From NCBI RefSeq assembly GCF_001194135.2, contig NC_068996.1:50996193-51032385 (forward strand): a DNA stretch of 36,193 bases. Direction: 5' to 3'. This document shows, in pieces, positions 10,765 through 23,756 of the stretch; positions within the stretch are counted from its first letter, which is position 1; each line of letters opens with the position of its first letter. The DNA comes from Octopus bimaculoides (lineage: Eukaryota). A model generated the notes under the pieces. That model was not told where the DNA came from, did not search any database, and worked only from the letters and a program-made list of their open reading frames with translations. The position numbers were made by a program, and so were the translations under genes.

Positions 10765-11355
10765 AGAGAGTGTGAGTAGACAACACATTGGGCGTGACAT
10801 GTCTAGGTCAAACAGTTTGATTTGACATGCCTTTTCGATCCTCCAACTGAATGGCACACCTTTCCACATATTGCACACATGTTCTGTTGTCAACAATAGC
10901 TAGATCACAATTTACAAGGATTCATTCCTGTGAGATCTCTGGTGGCTGACCAGGCCTGCATGACTCAGACATTTCCTCCCTCAAATCACACACATAAAAA
11001 GCAACACTCCCTCATTTTCCACAGGTTCGTTCTTTCTAAGCCTTGTCTTGATTTTCTCATGGTTCATTCTTTCTAAACCTTCTTTTGATCTTCTCGTGCT
11101 TTCTAACTTTGAACTACCACTGTACACACCTTTCTCCCATCCATTTCGGTCTTCTACCTCGCTTTCCCAATCAACAACTGAAATTCCTGTCTGTGTCGAA
11201 GCAATTCTGAGGCAATCCTTGAATCTCCTTTTGGGTGAATGCGCTGGCCTCTTACCATCTTCCAGCTCACCATACACAAGTTGCTTAGGAAGCTTTTCAT
11301 CATTCGTTCTTACCAGATGTCCAACCCACCTCAAACGACTTTGCAGAATTTATAT
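10765..11355 (-). mobile_element. 5'-truncated RTE (Bov-B-like) LINE: RT C-terminus plus two degenerate C2H2 zinc fingers
   Basis: LQSRLRWVGHLVRTNDEKLPKQLVYGELEDGKRPAHSPKRRFKDCL...WESEVEDRNGW is a typical RTE C-terminal region. It is followed by CVI*GRKCLSHAGLVSHQRSH and a frameshifted CNM(C)GKVCHSVGGSKRHVKS. Confidence 0.85.
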
Positions 11356-12565
11356 ATACAAACATATTCATACATACCCATACATTTTTATATATACACC
11401 TATACATGCCTATACACGTGTGCGTGCGTGTGCGCGCGAACACGTTTGCTTGTATATTTTAGCTCGATGAAATCAATAAAATGTTATCCTTTTCTTGGAA
11501 ATCGAAATAAAGTCTTGTAATCAGAAAGGGCAACCATGGAAAAATGGGCTAAAACGAAGGGAGAACAAATATATAATCCCTCGCCATATCGCCGTTGACC
11601 TCTCGCTGTTTATTGTTTCCTCTGTGGTGCTGTTTTGCATTAATATTAAAATAAATATATACAAATTATGGGAAAAATACAGTACAGTACTGGGCACTAC
11701 TCAAATGCATAGGTCCCGATGTAACTACGTAACAATATGCTTTTATAGTGCACACTCATTAGGGGGTTACGTAGATGCATATTCTACAGCAGAAGAAGCG
11801 AAGATCGGCGTAACCCTAACCCTAAACGGGTGGTGTGCGTATTCTTTACCTTCGCCGACCACTTGGGGATTAATTAACGCCTCAGCTGCTTTTTAAGGGT
11901 AAAGCTGTCGAGCGAATCACTATCTAATTGCCCGGCCTGCTAGAAATAGCCACCCAATTTTCCACATATCTGAAAACGTTGGTATCTTCTCTTAAACTGA
12001 CTCCTAGCTGATTTAGTTTGCTCAAGTTCACTTGGACTAAATAACAACGTTATTTGGAATGTGTTCAACTTTTAATCCAAGACCATTCTTGAGAAATGCA
12101 GTGCCATGAATTTGTTTCCTTTTGAAAGAGTGTGACCCCCCCCCTGTTTTTGTTATTTTATTTATTTATTTATTTCTGTCATCCTATCTGGATCTTGAGT
12201 TCAAATCCTTTCCAGGTAGTAGCGTGGTTGGGGTTGAAGGACGGTCCTCTCCGGGCTACACTTTTATGGGGCCCCCCTGTATAGGCTTACGTGAGCAGAG
12301 GAATCGCTTCACGGCAGTACATGTAGTAGCAATGCTAGTTTCCAAGCTGTTGGCTTCACTTTTCTGGCATTGTTTAAAGAAGTTCTTTAAATATTACCCC
12401 CACTGGGTTTAAAGTAATGATCATTATTAGTTTTACTTTGGATGTGACTTGTAAAATTCTAAAATCAATTTATATAATATATATTCAGAATTTCATTTTA
12501 ATTTTTACTTTTGTTTGCCTTGTCAGAATTGTTTAAAATTTGGTTTGGTTTTAATATTACTTTTT

Positions 12566-12706
12566 GGTACTACTAAAGCAGAGTGGTCCCGCGCGCGTGT
12601 GCAAATGAATACATGTGTTTAGGGTTAGGGTTAGGATCGACCACTCACGACTAGCTAGCGCGGACGCGCGACTGCGGTTTCCGGACCACTCTGCTTTAGT
12701 AGTACC
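12566..12706. mobile_element. GG-ended MITE family 1, copy 2
   Basis: TIR GGTACTACTAAAGCAGAGTGGTCC; 9-bp TSD ttacttttt (12557-65 and 12707-15); internal ttagggttagggttagg. Confidence 0.85.
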
Positions 12707-12726
12707 TTACTTTTTTATCTTCACAT

Positions 12727-13037
12727 TGTTGTTGTTGTTGTCACTCCGTTGCTTACGACGACGAGGGTTCCAGTTGATCCGATCAACGGAACAGCCTGCT
12801 CGTGAAATTAACGTGCAAGTGGCTTAGCACTCCACAGACACGTGTACCCTTAACATAGTTCTCGGGGATATTCAGCGTGACACAGAGTGTGACAAGGCTG
12901 ACCCCTTTGAATTACAGGCACAACAGGAAGAAAGAGTGAGAGAAAGTTGTGGTGGAAGAGTACAGCAGGGTTCGCCACCACTCCCTGTCCTATGACCGCG
13001 AGACCGCTGCCCTAACCACTGGGCCATTGCGCCTCCA
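12727..13037 (-). mobile_element. tRNA-headed SINE (family C) with (CAA)n tail, internally deleted
   Basis: The minus strand starts tggaggcgcaatggcccagtggttagggcagcgg (A-box-like) and ends in aacaacaacaa. CpG sites are well retained. Confidence 0.8.
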
Positions 13038-13300
13038 CTATCTTCACATTACTGTTCATAATAAACTGAAAAGAAAATACTGANNNNNNNNNNNNNNNNN
13101 NNNNNNNNNNNNNNNNNNNNNNNNNNNNNNNNNNNNNNNNNNNNNNNNNNNNNNNNNNNNNNNNNNNNNNNNNNNNNNNNNNNNNNNNNNNNNNNNNNNN
13201 NNNNNNNNNNNNNNNNNNNNNNNNNNNNNNNNNNNNNNNNNNNNNNNNNNNNNNNNNNNNNNNNNNNNNNNNNNNNNNNNNNNNNNNNNNNNNNNNNNNN

Positions 13301-13376
<76 letters not shown>
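13301..13376. repeat. (CT)n microsatellite next to an N gap
   Basis: Directly visible. Confidence 0.95.
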
Positions 13377-13381
<5 letters not shown>

Positions 13382-13419
13382 AGTTGAAATCTTTTTTGCT
13401 TCATTTAATTGTTTTTATA

Positions 13420-13910
13420 TCGTATTTTACGAACAAGAACATCGTTAGTCACAGGTTTCCAACGGGATTAATCTCGCGTTCGCGGCAATTCCGAAATGAA
13501 AACGACACGGGAATCTTTCTAAACTTCTGTTATAAATAATTCATTTACATTTAAGATCCTTTATGGGAAGGATGGAAAGTAAAATAGTAACACTAGTAAT
13601 ACTGCGGACATTTTGTGCAACGCTCAAAGGAGTGATTCTGTCAACGTGCAACTCCGGCGGAATGAAAACCACAAAGTTCCTTTGTTCGAACACACACCCT
13701 TCACTTAGATATATACACGGTGAAAAATATAAACACACACACGCGCGTGTGCCGTGCATTGGTATGGAACTCGCAACCATATGGTTGTAAAGCGGACAGC
13801 CATTCCTGCGTCTTGTAAAAAAAAAATTATTCGTTATCTTTCGTTTTTAGAACTTTTTGTTAATGAATCCTCCCTCCTTTTTTTGTAATGCCAAAATGTT
13901 TCGCTGGCTT
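13420..13910. promoter_or_regulatory. CpG-rich unique segment, candidate promoter or enhancer
   Basis: About 25-30 CpG in roughly 490 bp by manual count, versus about 4 in 14000-15000. No homology to the other repeats in the window was seen. The function is inferred only. Confidence 0.3.
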
Positions 13911-15744
13911 TTTTCTTTCATTAAAAACAAACAAAAGAAAAGTAAAAAAAAGTATAAAAACTGAGCATCGGTAACCAGCCCCTTGCATGATATATAGTTC
14001 TGGCAAGTAAGGAACAACTATTAACCAGAAAATGGGTGATACATCTGAATTTTGTCCATAAGTTTCTCCTCATATTTGTATTGTGAGTCAATTTATTTCA
14101 ACATTAACCCAGATGTCTTGAGGGAAAGTGTACGTTTTTTTTTGTCTCTTTTTTTTTTTGCAGTTTTTTCCATTTGTTTTCATCTCTGACTGACAAGCTT
14201 TATTCAAACTCCATCAGCCATTAGCTCATCTACTGACTAGTTGCCGATGCTTACTGAAACAATTACCTCTCCCCCAGTATTTGTTTACTTGTTCCATCAC
14301 CTGTCTCTTGTTGGTTTTTGTATCTATTAAACACAGAAAATAAGAAGAGAAAGAAAATTGAAAACAAAATTGGAGATATGCCTGTGTGTCATTCCCTAAT
14401 AAAACACATGGAACAATTTGTAAAATATACTTTCTTGAGGAACAATTATCCAAAAAAGCGAAGCTCCTCCCTTGGCTTGAAAGAGAGTGTGTTTAACAAT
14501 AACTTAGTTAAATAGTAATACTTGAAAAATTTAGAATTTATGGAATATGTTGCAGATCTTTTCCTTGGAGGAATATATTGTTTATACCAAAAAGTAGAAC
14601 AATGGTGACTGTAGTAGTTCAATGCTTCTAGTAATATTTTACTATTATTTATACAAAGACTCCAATTTTACCAGTATTTCAAGTTTTATTAAGTGTCTTA
14701 CACACAAAACTGTCTTCTTCTTCAGGACTTCATTTCTGTGGAACTTCCTTTTTCTTATTTTCCCTTATACCTGCCTGCAGCATTCAAACTGCATGTGGAC
14801 TTCATTAACCTTCGGTCTCTATTTTCTTAACCTTTCTCCATTACAAAGATCCATAAAGTTGGTTCATAGCCATTTCCTGTATATTTCCTTGGCATCTTAT
14901 GCATCATATATGAAAAACATCACAAATTGTTTTTCCAACCACCACAGTAACTTGGGGACTTGTGAAAGAAAAGCTTTATATTATTTAGAACATATGAAAG
15001 AAGGGCTGACTAAAAGGCCAAAAACATGCATGGGTGTTTAGGACAGACTTACCAAAATGTCTTGGACAGGCAGTCTCCAGAATTATGAAGAGGCAAGACA
15101 AATCATTCTCAGATTGAATTGAACTCAATGCAACAATGTTCATAATTTCTCTATGACTGTTACTGCTGAAGCTTCAACACGATCATTCAGCTTGCTAGAG
15201 ATAACAACCAAATCTCTTTCGTACAATACCCTACCAGCTTTTTAAGAACATAAGAGGGGAAGAAAAAAAAACAATCATGGGTAAATGTACTCTGAGGTTT
15301 GTTAGATTCTTTGTATTAGTAATAGATGGAGTATGGCCTGCTGTTTAAGAAGTTTGTTTCAGGATTTGTGATGTCTTAGTGTGTGAGTGAGAGAGAGAGA
15401 TCTTGGGCAAGTGTCTTTGTAGTTTAAGAAAACCTCATGTTGACTTGAGCCTTGTGAGTGAAATTGGGAAATTGTGCTGAAGCCCGTGAGATGAATTGCA
15501 CCTATATAAATCAAAGGTCCAGCTTGGTCATACACTGTGTCACAGATTCTGCCTGATGTTTACATTAAAGGTACACATTTCTGTGGAATACTCAGCCAAG
15601 TTAGTTCAGTGAGCAAATACTTCAGTTGATTGAACAACATATTGTCGAAACCAATGCTGATTCATTTACTGGTATATAAGACATGCTTTTCTCCCAAAAT
15701 ATTGTCTCAAAAATATCATCCCAACCTTTAATGCACTATCTTTG

Positions 15745-16345
15745 ATCTGTTACTGGTTTCTGTCAGACTGTGGCCATGCTGGGGCACTGCTTTGAAGAAT
15801 TTCCTTTCAGCTAAATGATTCAACCCAAGTACGCATTTTTTTTTCATTTTTAAGCTTGGTACTTTTCTATCAGTCACCTTTGCTCAACTGCTAAGTTACA
15901 GAGGAGTAAGCACACCAACACCAGTTGTCAAGTGGTGGTGGGGGAAGGTGGTGAGCTGACAGAATTCTTAGCATGCCTGGTGAAATGCTTAGTGGTATTT
16001 CGTCTGTCTTTATGTTCTGAGTTCAAATTCTGCTGAGGTCAACTTTGCCTTTCATCCTTTTGGGGTCGATAAATTAAGTACCATTTCTGTACTGGGATTG
16101 AGCTAATTGACTGAGCCCCTCCCTCAAAATTTCAGGCCTTGTGCCTTGAGTGGAAAAAGTGGTGGTTAGGGACAAACATGCAGGATGGCGATACACACTC
16201 ACACATATATGACCGGTTCCTTTCAGTTTCTGTCTACCAAATCCACTCACAAGAGTATGGTTGGCCCGAGGCTATAGTTGAAGACACTTGCCCAAAGTGC
16301 CACACAATGGGACTGAACCAGGAACCATGTGGTTAGGAATCAATC
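15745..16345 (-). mobile_element. SINE family A (minus) carrying a nested family B SINE (+, about 15947-16150)
   Basis: The family A reverse complement is broken at ...gtcaagtggtggtggggg and resumes at tggtggttagggacaaac. The insert begins ggtggtgagctgacagaattcttagc...ttctgagttcaaattctgc (B-box-like). Confidence 0.75.
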
Positions 16346-17129
16346 TCGTGCATCTTTTATGTTGATTTCATTCAATTAATATTTCAACTGTGACAGGACT
16401 GATGTTATCATTTTTACTGGTCTAGTGTACCTAAGATTAAAATATTCAATGTATATATATTTTTTTTTTAAAAGAAATATTAACGTTTTGATGTATGAGA
16501 GATGTGACTTAATTCTTGCAGGTGAAGCAGCTGCACTCAAGTTTGCAGATTTCCTCCTCGTTTATATCTTCCAATCATTCCTCAGGCAATTTGCATAAAC
16601 ATCCATCTCCTACATCAGCCATCTATAAATCTGGCAACCAATAGTTCTAAGAACAGCATCGAGTACCTTGTAAATTCGGTGTCACCTCACTAACTAGCAA
16701 CACCAACAAGCATCACATACAACCAGCCATCAGACTCAGCATAATAAACATACCACACTCAAGAATTACAACATACTGGATGGGGGTGGGGTGGGGAGGG
16801 GCGGAATTTTCTACAACATTCACAGAATGAATAACTGGCATAATTCAAAGTGAGCCACAAATATACTCAAAGTACTTACTTTTGTACTTTAGTAAAGTAC
16901 TTCTGTGTCTTGGCTTTGGTGCAGCTAACATTCAGAACTAAGACACAAAATGAATGATTATTTTATTCTACAATTTTTCGTTGCAGCAAACTTTGGTTGC
17001 CATTGACTCTACCATTCCATTTGCATTCAATCTCTAACTCTCAGACATTACTAGCATAACTACCAAAGTCACGAAATTCTATTCTGTTCTTTGTTGTAAG
17101 TCGTTGCTGATAATCTTTACCGTTTATCT

Positions 17130-17645
17130 TGTTACTTGTTTTAGTCATTTAGACTGTGGCCATGCTGGGGTGGGGGACTGCCTTGAACAATTTCCAAGTC
17201 GAATGCATCGATGCCAGTAATAATTTTTTTTTTTCTAAAGCCTGGCACTTATTTTATCAGTTTCTCTTTTGCTGAACCACTAAAGTTATGAGGATGTGAA
17301 CACCCACCAACATTGGTTGTCAAGCAGTGGTGGAGGGAACAAACTCAGATAAGCACGCACACGCACACAGCTATATGTGCAGGAGTGGCTGTGTCGTAAG
17401 TAGCTTGCTTACCAACCACATGGTTCTGGGTTCAGTCCCACTATGTGTCACCTTGGGGAAGCGTCTTCTATTATAGCCTCGAGCTGACCGAAACCTTGTG
17501 AGTGGATTTGGTAGATGAAACTATATATATATGTTTGTGTCTGTGTTTCACCCCACCAACATCGCTTGACAACTGATGCTGGTGCGTTTAAATCCATGTA
17601 ACTTAACGCTTCGGCAAAAGAAACCAATAGAATAAGTACTAGGCT
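17130..17645. mobile_element. Two family A SINEs in opposite orientation (- at 17130-17345, + at 17385-17645)
   Basis: The + copy head is gcaggagtggctgtgtcgtaagtagc...gggttcagtccc. The - copy shows the reverse complement of the same 3' half (ttgtcaagcagtggtgg versus ccaccaacatcgcttgacaa). Confidence 0.75.
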
Positions 17646-17670
17646 TACAGTGTTCTAAGTGATGTTTGTT

Positions 17671-18028
17671 TATCACCTTCACCTTAGCAAAGGCGGAGGT
17701 ATTGCTTTCAGTTGTGTTGGTTTGTTTGTTTGTCCATGGATAAGATATCTCAAGAACCGCTGGATAGATTTGGATGAAACTTTCGTGACTGGCACGAATT
17801 GATTAGACTTTGGGATCGATCTGATACTGGACAAAGATTCTGAATTATTTTTCCAGTTTTTTTTACGTAATTTTCAAGAGTGGTTGGGTTCATTTTTAGT
17901 ATTCTTGTTTGTGAGAGCAGTCGAGTTTATTTCAGATATTCTCATTTGAAAAATCATCTCTGGCTAATTATTGAGAGGATGTTGGTGTTGATTTTGTGGA
18001 GGTTTGTCCTCTCTGAGTTCTCTTGTTT
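17671..18028 (+). mobile_element. Helentron-associated / DINE-1-like non-autonomous element
   Basis: 5' hairpin accttcacc-ttagcaaa-ggcggaggt (17675-17700), (gttt)n microsatellite, core ...gatagatttggatgaaacttt..., and 3' gtggaggt subterminal IR followed by the degenerate hairpin tcctctctgagt and a tcttgttt end. Confidence 0.6.
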
Positions 18029-21000
18029 ATATTGCTTTGAATTTATCATGCATCGTCTTGTAGTTTAGAGATTTCAATGATGTGATTGTTTAGTTTTAGA
18101 ATGACATTGTAGGGTAGGTGTGAGAGGCCAGATCTGGTTGGTTTCAACCTAAAACAGGTAGAATATTTTGGCCAGATATGGCTGGTTTTAATGCTAAAGG
18201 GTTTTAAACAAGAAAGGGGCAATGAGTTAACTGGATTACATTTGTGTAAACGGCTTCATTTAAATTGTTTCAGTTTAGTATTTGAAGATAAAAATCTGGG
18301 CTGGGAAGGAGAGTGCTGGTGGGTGAGATTTTGGGAAGGAAAGATTGGTTGGTTGTGTTTAGTAATGCATTCTCAATGACAACTACAGGAAGCGGAAAGG
18401 TTTACAACCAATTAGATTTAGATAGTAACAGTGTCTATTCTGTTACTCTCTTCATTACCACAGTGTCATCATTGTCATTGCTTAACATCCACTTTCCATG
18501 CTGGCATGGGTGGGATTCTCTTCAGACTATACTTTCCCTAAAGCAGGGATGGGCAACTCTTCGTCAAGTGGGGGCCCGCATCGTACCATTTCTAAGTGGA
18601 AGAGGGCCACATGATAAAACACATATACATGAAATATGACTTGCCCACTTCACACTGAATTTTTCGCAGTTCTTAATTTCATTTGTCTTAGTATGAAAGT
18701 TTACATTAAGCTGGGATCTCTTTCATTATTTCCTAATGATAATAATGATGATTACTAGTGTAAATAAATTATAATTTAAAATATTGAGGTAAAAAAAAAA
18801 AGAAAAAATTCATTGATATTTTATTAAAGAACAAATTTCATTATCTGTATCAAGGAGATTTTTACACTTTTACATTCTTTACCATATTTTCAATGTTAGG
18901 TAGAATTTGAGATGTTGCTATTCTTAGGTTATGCTGCAAATTAGTACAGGCCACAGGTTGCCCATGCATGCTCTAAAGCAGAATTGGAGTAACTTTCTAG
19001 TGTGGTGGGCAAAAATTTACAAAGAAAAAGGCCTGTGGGCAAATCACAAGTTCTAACTCTTATATCTGTGTAGATCTTGTATATATCTATCTATGTATAA
19101 TTTGATATACATTAATAATAAGTTTATCACATAAAATTAACGTGTAACATCTTCATTAACACCACAACTGAATTTAGGACATTTATATTACTTATGAGGT
19201 AGTCTATATTTTTCAGCTAGAGTGTAGTTGGGTCTCAATGGGGTGGTACAAGCCTAACAATGTGTTTTATAGTGAAAACAAAATTTCCACTCCAATGGCA
19301 ATTACTGGACCTTCGAGTCAAACCATTTTAAGTCATAGTGCAAATAGGCAAACAAATATTGTATAAATTTTATAATTGAAAAATTTTCTATATTTTGTTC
19401 ATTTGAGTATATTAGCCTGTGGGTGAAATAAAATGGGTTTGTGAGTGCAGTTGTGCCCATGGGTGGGGCTTTCCCCACGTCTGCTCTAAAGCATCACACT
19501 CCCTCCTATTCTTTCTGTTCTGGTGAGGTTATTTATTCTTACTGGTTACAAAGAGACCTTACTAGTGCTGGTCCTATGACAAAAACAGCCAGTACATACT
19601 GTCAAGTGTTTGGCAAATCCAGTAACACAGGGTTGAGAGAAATCTCTAGTTTTCCCCAAGGGTAAGACAATCCCTCTGATGTTGGTGCTATGGAAAAAGT
19701 GCATCCTGTACATTGTGTGAGTGGCTGGTGTTGGGAAGAATATTCGGTCATAGAAACTATACCAAGGCTGAAATATTGAAACCAGACCTGTTGGTTCCTG
19801 TTGAACTGTCCAGAATGGGAAGCAGATACGAAACGATGATGAGATGGAGACAATCTATAGTATACAAGATGAGAAGCACAAACTGTTATAATAGTTGTTG
19901 AAGAAGTAGTGGATATTTGTTTACATATTTTGGCTGTAGGCCAGTGGGGTTTTCCCCCCTTTTGGTGAGAGAAAGTTCATTTGTTAGAGACTCTTTTCTT
20001 TTATTGATTGAAATAGTTATAATCTATTATGTAGCAGCAGCACCCATGATGTGTTCTGAACATATTAAGCATTAGATCATATATGTTGTTTGGTGGTGGG
20101 TTCGTATAAATTTGAAATATATTTTTCTGGTTATGAAGAGGAAACCCAGCCTTTGTCAGATGATAGTCTTGGCAATGTTAAGAATGCTAGACCTTCATGA
20201 GAAGTTAGTTAGAAAAAAAAGAAAAAAAAGAGGCTAACTTATTCAGTTTCACATATTATTCCTCCCTCTCTGTTTTTTTCCCTCCTTTTTCTTCTTCCAG
20301 AAGAATCATTCAACAAAACTGTTACTGCATTCCACTCATTTAGGATCACTAATTAAAAGTTAAGATTACAGTTTTTTGGGCTTTTTTTCTTTTTCCTAGA
20401 GAGATCTTTCAATCTTCAGATGGTAACTAATTATTATCTTAATGGAAGTTATCCTTGACAATCAGGTCTTTCTACTACATTAATGAAGAACCAGTCTTGT
20501 GACTGGTGTCATATCCTCTTCGACGTGTTATAGACAAGATTTCCTGTTAGTAACTGCTTTACTTACTATTAAGTAGTTGAGAATGATGTTTGTATAGGAA
20601 TTATGTTCAATAGACATCAGTTTAATTCACTTTGTTTGCATATGATTCATGCAAACTGTTTATATAAACATATAATAAAGATACATACATGCATATATGT
20701 AAATACAGACACACACACACACACTTCAGTGTCCCATCTTACATTTTTCTGACATTCTTGATAAGATTAAATATTCTCTACCTAAATATATCATCATCAT
20801 CATCACTATTGTTGTCACTACTCCCACTGTCACCTTCATCATATTTATGGTATTTCCTGCTTATTATGGTGGTCTGGTTGGATGTGCAGTTATATATATA
20901 TATTTTATTTAACTTAATTCTAGGTTATCTCATCTATAAAACCCCTTTAACTATGAATCTTCTAACCGTACACATTTTTATCAAAATTGTGTGCATGTTC

Positions 21001-21049
21001 ACACTTCATGTTGTTATTATTATTATTATTATTATTATCATCATCATTC

Positions 21050-21410
21050 CATCAAGGTCGACTTTGCTTTTCATCCTTTCGAGGTTGATAAATTAAGTAC
21101 CAGTAGCGTACTGGTGTTGATCTAATCGACTGCCCCCCCCCCAAATTTCAGGCCTTGTGCTTAGAGTAGAAAAGATTATTATTATTATTATTATTGTAGG
21201 TGGCAAGCTGGTAGAATCATTAGCACACTGGACGAAATGCTTAGTGATATTCGCCCACCACTACATTCTGAGTTCAAATTCTGCCAGGGTTGACTTTGCC
21301 TTTCATCCTTTCTGGTTCGATGAATTAAATACCAGTGAAACACTGGGGTTGATGTAATTGACTTGTCCCCTCCCCACAAATTTGAGGCCTCATGCCTCCA
21401 GTAGATAAGC
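21050..21410 (+). mobile_element. Two tandem family B SINEs with (TAT)n tails
   Basis: aaggtcgactttgcttttcatcctttcgaggttgataaattaagtacc... (partial), then ggtggcaagctggtagaatcattagc...ttctgagttcaaattctgcc (full). Both end in ttattattat. Confidence 0.8.
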
Positions 21411-23756
21411 TTATTATTATTATTATATACATTTATTTTTGTTTTCTCTTTTCAATATTACTTCAAGATTTGGAAAAACAAAAAAGTTCCAATGTGTCTT
21501 CAGCATTCAAATAAAATACATTTTAAATTGTTTTATCAGATGAAAATATTTCTTTTTAGTATTTTTCTTCTCTCTAAACAATGTAGTCTGTGTGTGTATT
21601 CAGATGAAAGAACTTCTTTTGAAATCTATTTCATCAGCTTGCTTTTATATTTTTTAGTATCATTTCAATATTCCAGTATTCTTAATGATTATATGTTAAC
21701 TTCCCTTAATTAGCCATTTTCCAATTGTATGTGATAAAATTAAATCAGTATTCTTCTGGTAATGTATGTCGTCAGCATATAAAAAAGAAAAAGTCTAGTA
21801 AATACAAATATTTCATATTTCCTTTTGTAGGGAGTCATTTGCAAAGAATTTGTAAAACGGTTTTATTTATTGCACTGCTGCCAGGTTTAAATACTTTATC
21901 AGTTGTGTGTAGTTTATTCAACAGTTTTTTTTTTTCGCTCANNNNNNNNNNNNNNNNNNNNNNNNNNNNNNNNNNNNNNNNNNNNNNNNNNNNNNNNNNN
22001 NNNNNNNNNNNNNNNNNNNNNNNNNNNNNNNNNNNNNNNNNNNNNNNNNNNNNNNNNNNNNNNNNNNNNNNNNNNNNNNNNNNNNNNNNNNNNNNNNNNN
22101 NNNNNNNNNNNNNNNNNNNNNNNNNNNNNNNNNNNNNNNNNNNNNNNNNNNNNNNNNNNNNNNNNNNNNNNNNNNNNNNNNNNNNNNNNNNNNNNNNNNN
22201 NNNNNNNNNNNNNNNNNNNNNNNNNNNNNNNNNNNNNNNNNNNNNNNNNNNNNNNNNNNNNNNNNNNNNNNNNNNNNNNNNNNNNNNNNNNNNNNNNNNN
22301 NNNNNNNNNNNNNNNNNNNNNNNNNNNNNNNNNNNNNNNNNNNNNNNNNNNNNNNNNNNNNNNNNNNNNNNNNNNNNNNNNNNNNNNNNNNNNNNNNNNN
22401 NNNNNNNNNNNNNNNNNNNNNNNNNNNNNNNNNNNNNNNNNNNNNNNNNNNNNNNNNNNNNNNNNNNNNNNTCTTCATTTTGGGTTAGTTACTTGTTCTT
22501 GATTTGAACTCCCCATTCCCCCATCTCAACATCAAAATCTAAAAAATAGCAAAAAAGCAAAAATCCCCATCTAATATGGCTTGTGTTCTTTGATAAGTCT
22601 GTTCAAGTAGATACATATTGCCACTAATGTTAGTGTCCTGTGCTTAGTACCTCATTTATTTCAGCTTGGTAGTTAATTAGGGTGGGCTTTTCACTAAGAG
22701 AATAATTAAAATGCATTTATTCTATTTTGAACTATATGATCTTGTGTGTGTGTGTGTACTTGTGGTGAATGCTTGTAACCCCTCTCCTTTTTGTTGCCAT
22801 TCAAAATTATATTGTTGAAAGGGAAGGTATTTTAGCAATGATAATAGGTGTTGAGAAAACCAAGCTTTTGAAGGGAATTCGTGTAGTTCTTCAATGTTTT
22901 CACTTGTTACATGGTAAATATTACCTGGTTTGCCCTGTCTTTTATCGCTGGTTGGTTACCCTGTATTTCACTAAATTTGGAATTTCATTTACCTTTCTGT
23001 TTGAGACAGGAAACAATGAAATTATTATATTTAACAAGTAATTCACTACATTCCAGAATTTGCTTCTTTATAAATTTTTTTTATATTTTACATTTTCATA
23101 TAACAGCTGCTAACTGTAAATATCTCTGTCTGGAGTTAGCAGCTGTTGAAAATTTTGTATAAATTAATTTTAAACAAGAAATTTTGTTTGCTAGTCAGTT
23201 GGTATCTATTATTCATATTTACTAAGAATAATGTTGCTTGTTCTCTCTAGTGAAAATATTGATTTCTAACTTTGGTGCAAGGCTATACAATTTGAAGGGA
23301 AAGCATAGTAGGTTAACTTGTTACTCAGTATATTACTGGTGCGTATTTCACTCTGCTCCGCTTCCCAGTGTGGATGAAATGCATCTAAGTTAGCTCTCTT
23401 AGTTTTTTAATTAGTAGCAAAGTTATTTTATGTTAATCGTATCTTGGTACTTACTTTCACAACTTCCATTCTTTTGTTTTGCCTTTTATTCTTTGGAAGC
23501 AAACAACAAATTATGTTGTTTTTCATAAGTTTATTGCGTTAAGTATTAGCAAGAACACTACTCGGTGGTTCTTCCCCAACCCCTACCAAAAAAAGAAAGA
23601 AGAAACCAGTGAAAATTATATATTAGGGAAAACAGTATATTTCCAAGATAACGACTAAGATGAGAATTTACTTTTATTTATTTGAGTTAAATAAAATAAG
23701 AAAAAGAAATATTGTACTCAAAATATTGTCTTATGAAATCATACTCAATGACAATT

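Noticed and set aside
11810-11835. ctaaccctaaccctaa units as a telomere or interstitial telomeric site
   Set aside because: Only 2-3 units are present, and elsewhere in the window such units are internal to MITEs; this is not a chromosome end or fusion site.
12990-13037. tRNA-like A/B-box sequences here and at other SINE heads
   Set aside because: No complete cloverleaf or acceptor stem. They continue into SINE bodies, so they are not called as tRNA genes.
14500-15180. Protein-like broken frames, possibly an old transposase or pseudogene
   Set aside because: Multiple stops and no recognisable motif. It cannot be assigned without a TBLASTX/HMM search.
16522-16780. Possible exon after cttgcAG
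   Set aside because: All three frames close within about 40 codons and there is no clear donor. It could be a UTR exon but is unsupported.
19441-19665. 74-aa ORF ending near a GTAAG donor-like site
   Set aside because: No suitable acceptor, the phase is incompatible with exon A, and it merges into repeat-derived sequence.
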